Shown piece by piece: positions 29,355 through 38,357 of a stretch of DNA of 53,647 bases. Numbering within the stretch: position 1 is the first letter of the stretch; the number at the start of each line of letters is the position of its first letter. The notes beneath the pieces are model-generated. The model saw nothing but the letters and a program-made list of their open reading frames with translations. It made no database searches and was not told the origin of the DNA. This DNA is from Verrucomicrobiales bacterium (GTDB lineage Bacteria > Verrucomicrobiota > Verrucomicrobiia > Verrucomicrobiales > V1-33): the NCBI GenBank assembly GCA_031411295.1, contig JANOAV010000156.1, forward strand, positions 1-53,647, written 5' to 3'. A program made the translations under genes and the position numbers.

Positions 29355-30680
29355 TTAGGCCCCGCCCGGCGGGTGCCCGGGACCGAAGGAGCCATTCGAA
29401 CTCGATAGTAACACCCCGTTGCGGTAATGCTTGCGCTCAAAGGTTCCCGCGCAGTCCGTCTCTCCAGTAAAGGTTAGCATAATTTCGTCAATCTCATCTC
29501 CACCAATCACTGGCAGCACCGTCACAATGCGCCCCCGGCGTTTGTCTATCCGCGTATAGGAGAACGTAAATGGACTCTGCTGAATGGTGCCGCCATCCTG
29601 GTGGGAACGCGTCCCCTCACCATCCTGCCCAAAATCCATGGTAACCGAACCACTCTGAGTATCCGATAGGTTCAACACCTCATCCTCCAAATCATCCGGC
29701 GCGTCGCAGTGAGCATTCGTGGAATTATCCGTGGCCGCAGGGCGTGAGAATGTCCCCGTTTCCTGCCCCATGGGCGTGCCTTGGTCGAACTTCGTGCGCA
29801 CCACGCCACCCGTCGTGGGAGTTAGCCCAGTCAACTGGAGCTGCTCACTCAGGACCCCCTCTGGCAGCAGTTGCACCACCCCTACCGTGGCCGCTTCCGG
29901 CTCATAGGTATAGGGCACCACCAACCCTAACCCAGAGCCGATCCTCCGGGTCACTTCGGTGGCTCCGAAGGAATAGGTCACAGGTTCCCCTAACGTCTGC
30001 ACTGTAATGGCCTTGCCGACCAGATTCGTGGGCACCCCTCCCTCTCCCTGGGTGGGCCACACTAACTGTTCACTCAGAGCGAAAAGCCCAGCCTTGGCAT
30101 CCAGTTCAGCACCGGCAGCACTTAAATATTTTCGGGTAAATTTCCCACCCTTCTGGGAGGTGAACTCCACCGTGAGCTGCATGATCACCCCGGTTTCCAA
30201 GATGGCAGTCAGTTGTCCGCGGTCCGCACTCAATTTCACATAACTCCAAGACATGCTTGCAGGCTCTCCCCCGTGCATCCGCACAATCCCTTTGGTGTTC
30301 GTGAAGAGGGAGACCTGAGCCGTCCCCTCGGCATCCTCGGCCAGACTCAAGGTTTGCCTGCGATGCAACACTGCAGGGGCCCAGCCGACGCTGGCAGGAT
30401 CCACTTCCACCACCCGAAACGCGGTGGCCCCCTCGACCGACGTCATTCCATCCGCCCAAGTAAAATCTGTGCCGGTGCCAAAAAATACCTCAGAACAACT
30501 TTGCCAACTCCCCGCAGTCTGTCCTTCCATCCGATAGGCATGTCCCAGTTGGGTGGGGACATTCACTTGCCACGCCGGGGCGATGCCCACGTTGGACTCC
30601 TCCGCCAACCCGGTAGTCAACAACCATCCCCACGCTGCGCCAAGCAGCAAGGACAGGGATCGGAAAGACATGGGAAACAT
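29355..30680 (-). CDS. Secreted hypothetical protein with three tandem beta-rich repeats
   Basis: Signal peptide; three ~100-aa modules ending in G.F (KAGLF, ETGTF, SNGSF). Start may be 30671. Confidence 0.7.
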   Translation of the reverse strand: MFPMSFRSLSLLLGAAWGWLLTTGLAEESNVGIAPAWQVNVPTQLGHAYRMEGQTAGSWQSCSEVFFGTGTDFTWADGMTSVEGATAFRVVEVDPASVGWAPAVLHRRQTLSLAEDAEGTAQVSLFTNTKGIVRMHGGEPASMSWSYVKLSADRGQLTAILETGVIMQLTVEFTSQKGGKFTRKYLSAAGAELDAKAGLFALSEQLVWPTQGEGGVPTNLVGKAITVQTLGEPVTYSFGATEVTRRIGSGLGLVVPYTYEPEAATVGVVQLLPEGVLSEQLQLTGLTPTTGGVVRTKFDQGTPMGQETGTFSRPAATDNSTNAHCDAPDDLEDEVLNLSDTQSGSVTMDFGQDGEGTRSHQDGGTIQQSPFTFSYTRIDKRRGRIVTVLPVIGGDEIDEIMLTFTGETDCAGTFERKHYRNGVLLSSSNGSFGPGHPPGGA

Positions 30681-30937
30681 AGCCAGAGGAAGGGCGAAAG
30701 TTAAGGATAAACCGCAGCAGGATTACTCCGCCCGCCATTATGCCTGAAAGTCTGCGCACTTGTCACGAAGTTTCCACCACAAAAATCTGCCCCTCTGCCC
30801 CTCCCGAGAGGGTGCAGGACAAAAAAGTTAAGGATTTGCGCGAAGGATTTTCCATGGCTTGTTGGGGCGGGTCTAGGAACCTTCCATCTTGGTAACTGGC
30901 AAATTTCACGGTGCGCACCCTGTCCAAAATGATAAGA

Positions 30938-31975
30938 CTAGCCTACTCCCTTTTGTAGATCCCGCAACACCCGTAGGTCTCCGGCCTGGACTCCTTTGAG
31001 GATTCTGGCTCCGCTCTTTCGATGCTTTCCGAAGCGTTCCCGCACTGAAGCGAACACGCCGTTGACAAAACCTGCGCTGCCGAAGATGCCGCCTCGCGTC
31101 AGGTAGTTCACTTTGATGCGCAGCATTTGTCCCCGCGAGAGTTTTCCGCCTGCGGCATGGACCGCTTCGACGGTTTCCAGCTTGAAGCCTGCCCGATACG
31201 CCTCTCCTTCTGCTGGCAAAATTTCCTGGCCTTCTCCGTAAAGCCAGAGGCGGTATTTTGCGGCCACGGCTTCCCAGTCTGCAACTGCTTCCACGCCCAG
31301 CACGCGTCCCACGATGCCCAATCCGCCGCGGGATTTAGCCCCCAAATTCCCTGCGGCCACGGCTTCGCCATAGCCGCTCCAGGGGTAGTCCGCCGGGTCT
31401 TCCACAATCCGGGCGCGGACCGGATTCAGATCAATGTAAGCTGCCATGGTGGCCAGCGCTTCCCCGGCCCCTTCCACCAGCACGCTGCGGAACCGCTCCT
31501 CCCACACGGTCCCCCGACGCCCCACACGCTTGTTATACCAAACGGAGAACGCTTGTTTCACATCCTGCATGAAGTTGCTCACATTGAACATGCGCTTCTC
31601 GTATCCCGCCATGATCTCCGGAATCAGTTTCTCACAACCATTGCCCCGATACAGCTCAAACAACCGTCGCAATTCCTCTGCCTTCCCTTGCCCCAGGCTG
31701 TTGGCCAAATGCACCAGAAAGGCCGCCTCGGTAAACATCGGCCCCGCCGTCGTCGGACGCGGCGGCACTTCCACCAGTAGATGAAAATGGTTCGTCATGA
31801 TGCAATAAGTCACCACGCGCACGCCGTGGAGCGTCTCGTAGCGACGCATCTGCTTAAGCAGAAAGGCCTTCTCTTCAGCTTCCAACAGGAACTTGCGGTC
31901 ATAGCATCGGGAAACCACATGGTAATATGCCACAGCCTCTAAATCGGCGGGACGGAATCGGTATCGGGTAGTCAT
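30938..31975 (-). mobile_element. HUH Y1 transposase, RAYT/TnpA-REP-like (IS200 superfamily)
   Basis: YYHVVSR, YCIMTNHFHLLV (HUH), VWEERFRSVLV, AYIDLNPVRA (catalytic Tyr), DYPWSGY. Confidence 0.9.
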
Positions 31976-32221
31976 GGATGATGATTATAGTAATTCCAGT
32001 TGAACGCAAGTCGTTCTTCAATAAAGTGGATGGCACCTATTCTGCACAGGGATTGAAATTCTAGGTGTTCTCATAATGCTCAAATCGATATGCGGAAATC
32101 ATGGTAAATCAAATTACGCAAGTGTGTCTTAAGACTGGCCCGTCTTGCCTTTACGAATAAGCTAAGAATCGGATTTCTAACTTATCTCATTTTCTCAGTC
32201 TAGATGGAATTGCAAAACTAA

Positions 32222-32623
32222 TTAGGGCCCTTGTCCACTTTTTGGGGAGTTGCTCTCCAGAGTAGTGATCAAGGAGACCATTTCCGTTTTACCTAAGTAG
32301 TTAAGATTATCAATCACAGTTGAACCAGTCGAGTCACAAATCGCGATATCGGCTCCATACATGAGCAATATCCCAACGATTTCCGAATGGCCTTTCCATG
32401 CAGCGACGTCGATGGGGGGAGAACCAAAATTATTTTGACTATTCGGATTGCATCCCAATTTAAGTAGCAGTTTGACAGCAGCAATATTTCCTTCGGCCGC
32501 TGCGAGATGCAGAAGAGAATCACCGTGGGCATTCCTAATCGACCTAACAGCGTGGATTTGCGGCTCAATGTTCCGGAAATCATCGTTATTCCAAATAAGT
32601 TGCTGAAGCTCATTAAAATTCAT
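32222..32623 (-). CDS. Ankyrin-repeat protein, putative immunity protein of the upstream Rhs toxin
   Basis: GDSLLHLAAAEGN.AAVKLLL.LG.NPN and GSPPIDVAAWKGH.EIV.ILL.YGAD; AT-rich; starts 27 bp after the Rhs stop. Confidence 0.85.
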   Translation of the reverse strand: MNFNELQQLIWNNDDFRNIEPQIHAVRSIRNAHGDSLLHLAAAEGNIAAVKLLLKLGCNPNSQNNFGSPPIDVAAWKGHSEIVGILLMYGADIAICDSTGSTVIDNLNYLGKTEMVSLITTLESNSPKSGQGP

Positions 32624-32650
32624 AAAACGGTGCGATCTAATGGGGCCATT

Positions 32651-34738
32651 TTAATCTTCATAAACCATGGTTGGCGGTGCCCCGGGCCCCGGAGGAAGGT
32701 AGCCAGGGAAATTTCCAGTTCTCTTCATATCTCTTTCAATCTCTTCCTTTTCATACCTTTCAGCATTTTTAAGTTCCCGATCTACATCGTTAAGACTTGG
32801 CATGTCTTCGCCTGACCATACCTCACTTACAGGCCAAGTAAGATTATCAACTGCGGCTTGGGCACCATCTTGCGAACAATCCCAAGCGAAGAATACTATC
32901 GCCCCGAATTTTTTTCCTACTCCTTTACAACATTTCCCGATGATACTCTCCCCAGCTTTTTCAGCAGTTTTGCAAGCTACATATTCCGCCATTACTCCTT
33001 GAAACTCTTGTATGGCTGCCGTTGCAAAAGCTTCAGCTGCTGCCTGATGGGCTTTGTGGAAATCTATGAGGTCGGCGTGTCCGTTCCGAGTTTCACTTGG
33101 TGGGTAGGGAGGCGTTCGCTTGCCGTTACCTTTTAAGGGGGGGCGTGGTTCTCCGTCCGGTCCTGGTTTTCCGTCATCCGCGAACTCTCTGGTTCGCTTT
33201 GTCACTTCCTTTCGGTGCGCGTTGGCTCGCTTTTTGTGCCTGACAATGTCCTTTGTTATATTCTTGAGACGGCTTTTAAATTTATCCTCACAAGGTCCCA
33301 TTCCTAGTATGTCCGCTTCATTTAAGGCCTCGTTGCCGAGCATCCCATACAAATTCACCCCACCAAACTCTCCAATCGGATCCCTACTCACCCATCGTCC
33401 ACTCAGCGGATCATAACTCCGATACCCGTAGTAATAATACCCGCTCTCGGCATCCAGAGGCTTGGTGGAGAAGCGGTGTTTGAAGTCTGCGGCTTGGGAG
33501 CCGCTGGCTACCGTTTGTTCTCCGAATGGTCCGTATTCGAAGTGGGCGACGATGGCTCCGGTGGTGCTGAGGTATTCGCTGACGTTGCCGTTGCCGTCGT
33601 AGGTGGGGAGATAGGTTCCGGTGGTGCCGGTGAATTTCTGCACGGCTAGTAATCCGCCCACGCCACCTGCGCCCTGCATAGAGCCGCTGAGGTCTTTGCC
33701 CCAGGTGTAGGACGTTTGCAGGAGGAAGGTGGAAGCTGGCCGGGTGTATTCGGCCACGGGATTCCAAGCATCATAAACGGTGTAGGTCACATCCGTGGCG
33801 CTGGTGCGTTTGGCAACACGGCGGTGGTAGGCATCGTAGGTGTAAACCGTCGGCGTGCCACTGTTGACGGTGGCGGAGATCAGTTGGTTCTCGCCATCCC
33901 AAGCACGGGTGTTTCCAGCCTGCGTGCTGGTGCTGGGAGTCGTGGGGAAGCGACCTTCGATCTGATTGCCGTCGTCGTCGTAAGTGTTGTTCAGAATGGT
34001 GGCGGCACCGTAGAAATCCAGTCGTCCGTATTGGTTCAGGTTGTTGCCACCTTGTGGTGAGGAGGCATTCCAGCTGGATCGATACGTCGCCCGCATCACC
34101 CCGGAGGATGCCTGCACCGCAGTGGTTCCGCGTGAGGACTTTTTCCGATTCCCCATTCTGTCATATTCGAATCCAAAATCATTGTCGTTTCCGGAGGCAT
34201 CATCGGCCGCCACCACCTGACCCAGCGCATCATACCCCCACGCCACCGAAGAAGCGCTCGCAAAAGCACTCCCAGAAGTCGCCACGCCATCCCGTTGGTT
34301 CACAGCATTCACGGCGTAATCATACTTCGAAATGCTGGTTGCGCCAACCATATTTTCCTTCACATCGAGCGCATCCCGGTCGGTGAGCCAGGTATTGGAA
34401 ACGGTGAGGACGGGATTGGTGACGGTGGCGATGAGGTCCGCAGAATTTGTGGTGTAGCCGTAGGTGAACGTCTGTCCAGCGCCAGTCACGGTATCGGGCC
34501 ACCCGTCCAGCGGCTTGTAGGTGTAGGTATTGCCATGCTCAACCGGGGTGCCATTCTTGAGGTCCCAGCCATTGCTGCGGCGCGGAGCGGTAGGTTCTTC
34601 CTTACGGTCCAACGTGCGAGTTAGGGTGGGACTGCCGGCAATCAGGGTTCCATCAGGATCGACTGTAATATCCTCCTTATCGAGACTGAAGTTCGAGGTG
34701 TAATAGAGTTTATTTTTCGTGAATTCGTTCCTTGCCAC
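32651..34738 (-). CDS. Rhs repeat-associated core protein with C-terminal toxin domain; 5'-truncated (orphan) module
   Basis: YD repeats, YDGNGNV, FEYGPFG, RFSTK, YYYYGYRSYDP..GRW.SRDPIG, NLYG...DILG core end. Rhs-like sequence (TFDSYGRPD) continues upstream of the GTG with no proper start. Confidence 0.88.
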   Translation of the reverse strand: MARNEFTKNKLYYTSNFSLDKEDITVDPDGTLIAGSPTLTRTLDRKEEPTAPRRSNGWDLKNGTPVEHGNTYTYKPLDGWPDTVTGAGQTFTYGYTTNSADLIATVTNPVLTVSNTWLTDRDALDVKENMVGATSISKYDYAVNAVNQRDGVATSGSAFASASSVAWGYDALGQVVAADDASGNDNDFGFEYDRMGNRKKSSRGTTAVQASSGVMRATYRSSWNASSPQGGNNLNQYGRLDFYGAATILNNTYDDDGNQIEGRFPTTPSTSTQAGNTRAWDGENQLISATVNSGTPTVYTYDAYHRRVAKRTSATDVTYTVYDAWNPVAEYTRPASTFLLQTSYTWGKDLSGSMQGAGGVGGLLAVQKFTGTTGTYLPTYDGNGNVSEYLSTTGAIVAHFEYGPFGEQTVASGSQAADFKHRFSTKPLDAESGYYYYGYRSYDPLSGRWVSRDPIGEFGGVNLYGMLGNEALNEADILGMGPCEDKFKSRLKNITKDIVRHKKRANAHRKEVTKRTREFADDGKPGPDGEPRPPLKGNGKRTPPYPPSETRNGHADLIDFHKAHQAAAEAFATAAIQEFQGVMAEYVACKTAEKAGESIIGKCCKGVGKKFGAIVFFAWDCSQDGAQAAVDNLTWPVSEVWSGEDMPSLNDVDRELKNAERYEKEEIERDMKRTGNFPGYLPPGPGAPPTMVYED

Positions 34739-34828
34739 TCCTACCCCTCGGAAAGTAGTCGTCGTGTCTGGTCGGCCGTAGGAATCAAAAGTGCCCCGAT
34801 TGGCCGCCCGTCCCCTCCACTTTCTCCA

Positions 34829-36418
34829 TTAGCGCACTTTCTCGATTAACGATTCCTTGTGCAGGCGACTGATCTCCTCGGCCAACGCCTTGGTCAGCGT
34901 CGCCCCTTCTTCGCCCACCAACTTCAGCGGCAACCACTGCATGCCTTCCGCTTCTTGCGTAAAGTAGGTCTCCCGAATGTTTTTCGGCATTACCGCCACC
35001 AAGGAAGACTTGAGGCCAATCAGTAAATTCGTGCGCAAGGCATAGGTCGTCGTGGCCACACTCTGAACCCCTTCCACCATCTTGGCCGCTTGCGTCGCCT
35101 CCGAACATTGGATTTCACCGCGGATTCTCAATAAATCACCACAAACTAAATCCAAGTCGCTGATCTTCATCACCCCTTCGCTGGTTTCCAGATTAAACGC
35201 CCCCTCTGAGACCACCGGCTGCACCAAAGCATCCGCCCCGGAGGCCACATAAAGGCTGCGGAATAGGGGGACGTTCTTCAGCCAAGCCACTCCTGTAGGT
35301 TTCTCCGCTCCTTTCGTCGATCCCTCACGCGCTGGCGGCACCAATTTAACCCGCAGTTGGATCTTCACCCCGGAGGCCCGATTAATCGTTCCCGTCATCG
35401 TCCCACTGACATCCGCCAAAGCATCAAAATACGAGCTAAAGGCTGGTGGAGTCAATGTCTTCAAATTCACGCCCCGTCCTGCGATCGTCAAATTCAGCTC
35501 CGGTAAATCACCTAGCGACATCGCCCCAGCCAACTCAATCACTTCGCCAGGGCCCCGGGTAAAGATGGCCCGTTTTATCTCCATGGTATCCTCCACCGTG
35601 ACGTCCAACTTCTGCACCTTCATGCCACTAAGCCAATTCTGCGTCAACTCCCCACTGCTGGCCATAAACGCCCAACCATTCCGTGCCGTGGGCTCCAGCG
35701 AGACATTGGCGTCACTCAGCTTGCCCGCTGTGGTTTCAGAATAACCCCAACGCAGGCCCAAATTTTTCACCTCGTAGGAATCGATCTTAAGTTCGCTCAA
35801 TTTCGGGCGCACTCCGAACCCCGCCGTCAGCAAATTGGAACGATGATCCAAACCACTGGTCCGTAAATTAGGCACCACCCGGTCCGGTTGACTTGGAGCT
35901 GCGGGAGTGCTGGCTGGGGCCGTGGCACTGGGATCATAGGTTCCCGAGCGCAGGTTGAGATTCAGTTCCCCGAACGACACCTTAGCCAGATGCCAGTCCG
36001 TCCGCAGCATCTGCCCACTCAGATCAAAGCTGATTTGGTGCGCGTCCAACCGATTGAAGAAACTCCCCGGAGCCCCGTCCGCCCCCAGCGCATTGATGGT
36101 GCATTCATTACTCCAGAGCGAAGCCACCGTCTTGCCGCAAGTCACATTGGTGGCCTTGTAGCGCTGCGAAATCTCCTCTGCCAGATAGGAGCGAAACGAC
36201 TCCGTCCGCAGGCGGGTCCGCAGGAAAACGTAGCTCAACAAGACCACCATCGCCACCACGAACGTCAGTCGCCAGAGGTAACCCCACACTTTGCCATACC
36301 AAGGCGAATCATAGGGCGGAAAAAAAATACGGCTGCGCATTTGATTGATGAACGACCGCTGGGCGGCCCATTCATTCATCATTTCGCTGTGCGATTTATC
36401 ACGGTTAGGCTTGTTCAT
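34829..36418 (-). CDS. Membrane-anchored hypothetical protein, possibly AsmA-like
   Basis: One N-terminal TM (LWRLTFVVAMVVLLSYVFL) then a long beta-strand-rich region. Confidence 0.6.
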   Translation of the reverse strand: MNKPNRDKSHSEMMNEWAAQRSFINQMRSRIFFPPYDSPWYGKVWGYLWRLTFVVAMVVLLSYVFLRTRLRTESFRSYLAEEISQRYKATNVTCGKTVASLWSNECTINALGADGAPGSFFNRLDAHQISFDLSGQMLRTDWHLAKVSFGELNLNLRSGTYDPSATAPASTPAAPSQPDRVVPNLRTSGLDHRSNLLTAGFGVRPKLSELKIDSYEVKNLGLRWGYSETTAGKLSDANVSLEPTARNGWAFMASSGELTQNWLSGMKVQKLDVTVEDTMEIKRAIFTRGPGEVIELAGAMSLGDLPELNLTIAGRGVNLKTLTPPAFSSYFDALADVSGTMTGTINRASGVKIQLRVKLVPPAREGSTKGAEKPTGVAWLKNVPLFRSLYVASGADALVQPVVSEGAFNLETSEGVMKISDLDLVCGDLLRIRGEIQCSEATQAAKMVEGVQSVATTTYALRTNLLIGLKSSLVAVMPKNIRETYFTQEAEGMQWLPLKLVGEEGATLTKALAEEISRLHKESLIEKVR

Positions 36419-36562
36419 AGACCAAAGGGGAAGGCAAACACGGGGGGAGTTCTAACATTTAACTGGCTGCACCATATCCATCCCCCGGCCATTTGACCAG
36501 CAAAAATCAGCATCGTTTCCGCTGCTTTAGGAGTGATTATTCCACACTTCCTGGTCTTGCAA

Positions 36563-36719
36563 GGAGGTGGCGCGAGGCTGAGCCCGAGCCAGTCGTGAGA
36601 AAAAGCACCCAAATGCTGGACGGGCGTTACTAGCGATGCTCGATCTGCGCGGGCAAGAAGTTGTGCGAAATTGCAAAATCAGCCTGACGAAAGCTCGGGC
36701 GCAGCCTCGCACCACCTCC
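36563..36719. repeat. REPIN/MITE-like element: 27-bp imperfect inverted repeats around a 103-bp spacer
   Basis: 36563-36589 GGAGGTGGCGCGAGGCTGAGCCCGAGC versus reverse complement of 36693-36719 GGAGGTGGTGCGAGGCTGCGCCCGAGC (25/27 identical). Confidence 0.75.
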
Positions 36720-36762
36720 GTAGCAGGGCTACTTGCTGTGGCATAATCACTCCTACCGCTGC

Positions 36763-38256
36763 TTAGCGTTTGCCAAATTTCCCTTTCCCAAAGCCACCTT
36801 TGGCCCCACCCAGCCGACCACCACCGGGGGCCTTGCCGCCGCCACCGCCCCCAAACATCCCCCCCAAACCACCCAGCCCGGGGAAACCTCCGGCCCCGGC
36901 CCCACCGGGCGCGCCACCACCCATCCCCGGCATGCCGCCCATCCCCTGCATCATCTTCATCATCTTGCCCTTATCGCGCATCATGTCCCGCATCTGGCCG
37001 AATTGTTTCATGAACTGGTTCACCTCCACGATTGTATTGCCACTGCCATTGGCAATCCGCAGCCTCCGCTTCTGATTAATGATCTCTGGCTTCTTGCGTT
37101 CCAACGGAGTCATACTGTGCACCATCGCCTCGGTCCGTTTCAGCTTCCCTTCATCGATTGGTGGCATGTTCTTGAGCTGACTACCGATGCCAGGAATCAA
37201 CCCCAGCAGCCCCATCATGCCGCCGCCACCAGCGATCTTCTTCATCATCTTCATGTGTTCGAGGAAGTCCGTGAAATCGAATTGATTCTTGTCCATCCGC
37301 TCCGCCATCCGCATCGCATCCTCCTCCTCGATGGCCGCAGCCGCCTTCTCCACCAGCCCCACGATATCCCCCATGCCCAAAATCCGTTGCGCCAACCGAT
37401 CCGGCACGAACGCCTCCAGTTGATCCATTTTCTCCCCCACCCCAATAAATTTAATCGGCTGCTGGGTCACACTCCGCATGGATAGAGCCGCACCACCGCG
37501 CGCATCTCCATCCAACTTCGTGAGCACCAGACCTGTGACTCCCACGGCTTCTTGGAAGGTCTTCGCCACATTCACCGCCTGCTGCCCCGTGGCCGCGTCC
37601 ACCACCAACAGCACTTCTTTGGGATTCAGGAACGCCCGCACCTCTTTCAACTCCGCAATCAACGCCTCATCCACCTCCTGCCGGCCCGCCGTATCGTAAA
37701 TCACCACATTGGCCGACTGGGCTTCCAGCCATTGCTGCGCAGCCTTCACGACCTTCAGCACACTCTTCTCACCGGGCTCCGGCTTGTAGATCGGCACCTC
37801 AATCTCGCGCGCCAGCGTGGCTAATTGCTCCACCGCTGCCGGACGATACAAGTCACACGCCACCAGCGCCACCTTGCGTCCCTGCTTCTTCAGCAGCAGC
37901 GCCAGCTTGGCTGAACTCGTTGTTTTTCCCGCTCCGTTTAAGCCCACCATGAGAATCCGCCCAGGGGGACTCAAGTCCAGGGGAGCCGCATCGCCACCCA
38001 GCAGGGCGGTCATTTCATCGTGGAAAATTTTAACGATCTGCTGTCCTGGCGTCACGCTCTTGAGCACCGCTTCGCCTAACGCCTTCTCCCGCACCCGGGC
38101 CATGAAGTCTTTCGCCACAGTAAAGTCCACATCCGCCTCCAGCAACGCCAGGCGCACCTCGCGCAGAGCGTCACTGACATTGGATTCACTGATCTTGCCG
38201 AGCCCACGTAACTTACGGAACACGCCATCTAATTTATCGGATAGGTTGCCAAACAT
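36763..38256 (-). CDS. ffh: Signal recognition particle protein Ffh
   Basis: MFGNLSDKL, ALLEADV, GLNGAGKTT, DTAGR, TKLDGDARGGAALS, RILGMGD, M-domain RRLRIANGSG. Confidence 0.97.
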   Translation of the reverse strand: MFGNLSDKLDGVFRKLRGLGKISESNVSDALREVRLALLEADVDFTVAKDFMARVREKALGEAVLKSVTPGQQIVKIFHDEMTALLGGDAAPLDLSPPGRILMVGLNGAGKTTSSAKLALLLKKQGRKVALVACDLYRPAAVEQLATLAREIEVPIYKPEPGEKSVLKVVKAAQQWLEAQSANVVIYDTAGRQEVDEALIAELKEVRAFLNPKEVLLVVDAATGQQAVNVAKTFQEAVGVTGLVLTKLDGDARGGAALSMRSVTQQPIKFIGVGEKMDQLEAFVPDRLAQRILGMGDIVGLVEKAAAAIEEEDAMRMAERMDKNQFDFTDFLEHMKMMKKIAGGGGMMGLLGLIPGIGSQLKNMPPIDEGKLKRTEAMVHSMTPLERKKPEIINQKRRLRIANGSGNTIVEVNQFMKQFGQMRDMMRDKGKMMKMMQGMGGMPGMGGGAPGGAGAGGFPGLGGLGGMFGGGGGGKAPGGGRLGGAKGGFGKGKFGKR

Positions 38257-38357
38257 GGGCGCACTTTGCCCGCAACCCCGCAAGATTCAAGCAAGGAAAG
38301 CCACAATGTGCTGCGCCCGCTGCCTCCAATACCAACAGGCACCAAGTGATGCCTCCC

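Noticed and set aside
32651..36418. Stop-codon readthrough fusion of the AsmA-like gene with Rhs
   Set aside because: TAA stop, no recoding signal seen, and in-frame arrangement is expected by chance one time in three; truncation is simpler
36733..37485. His-rich and Pro-rich plus-strand ORFs
   Set aside because: Antisense of the Gly/Met-rich ffh C-terminus
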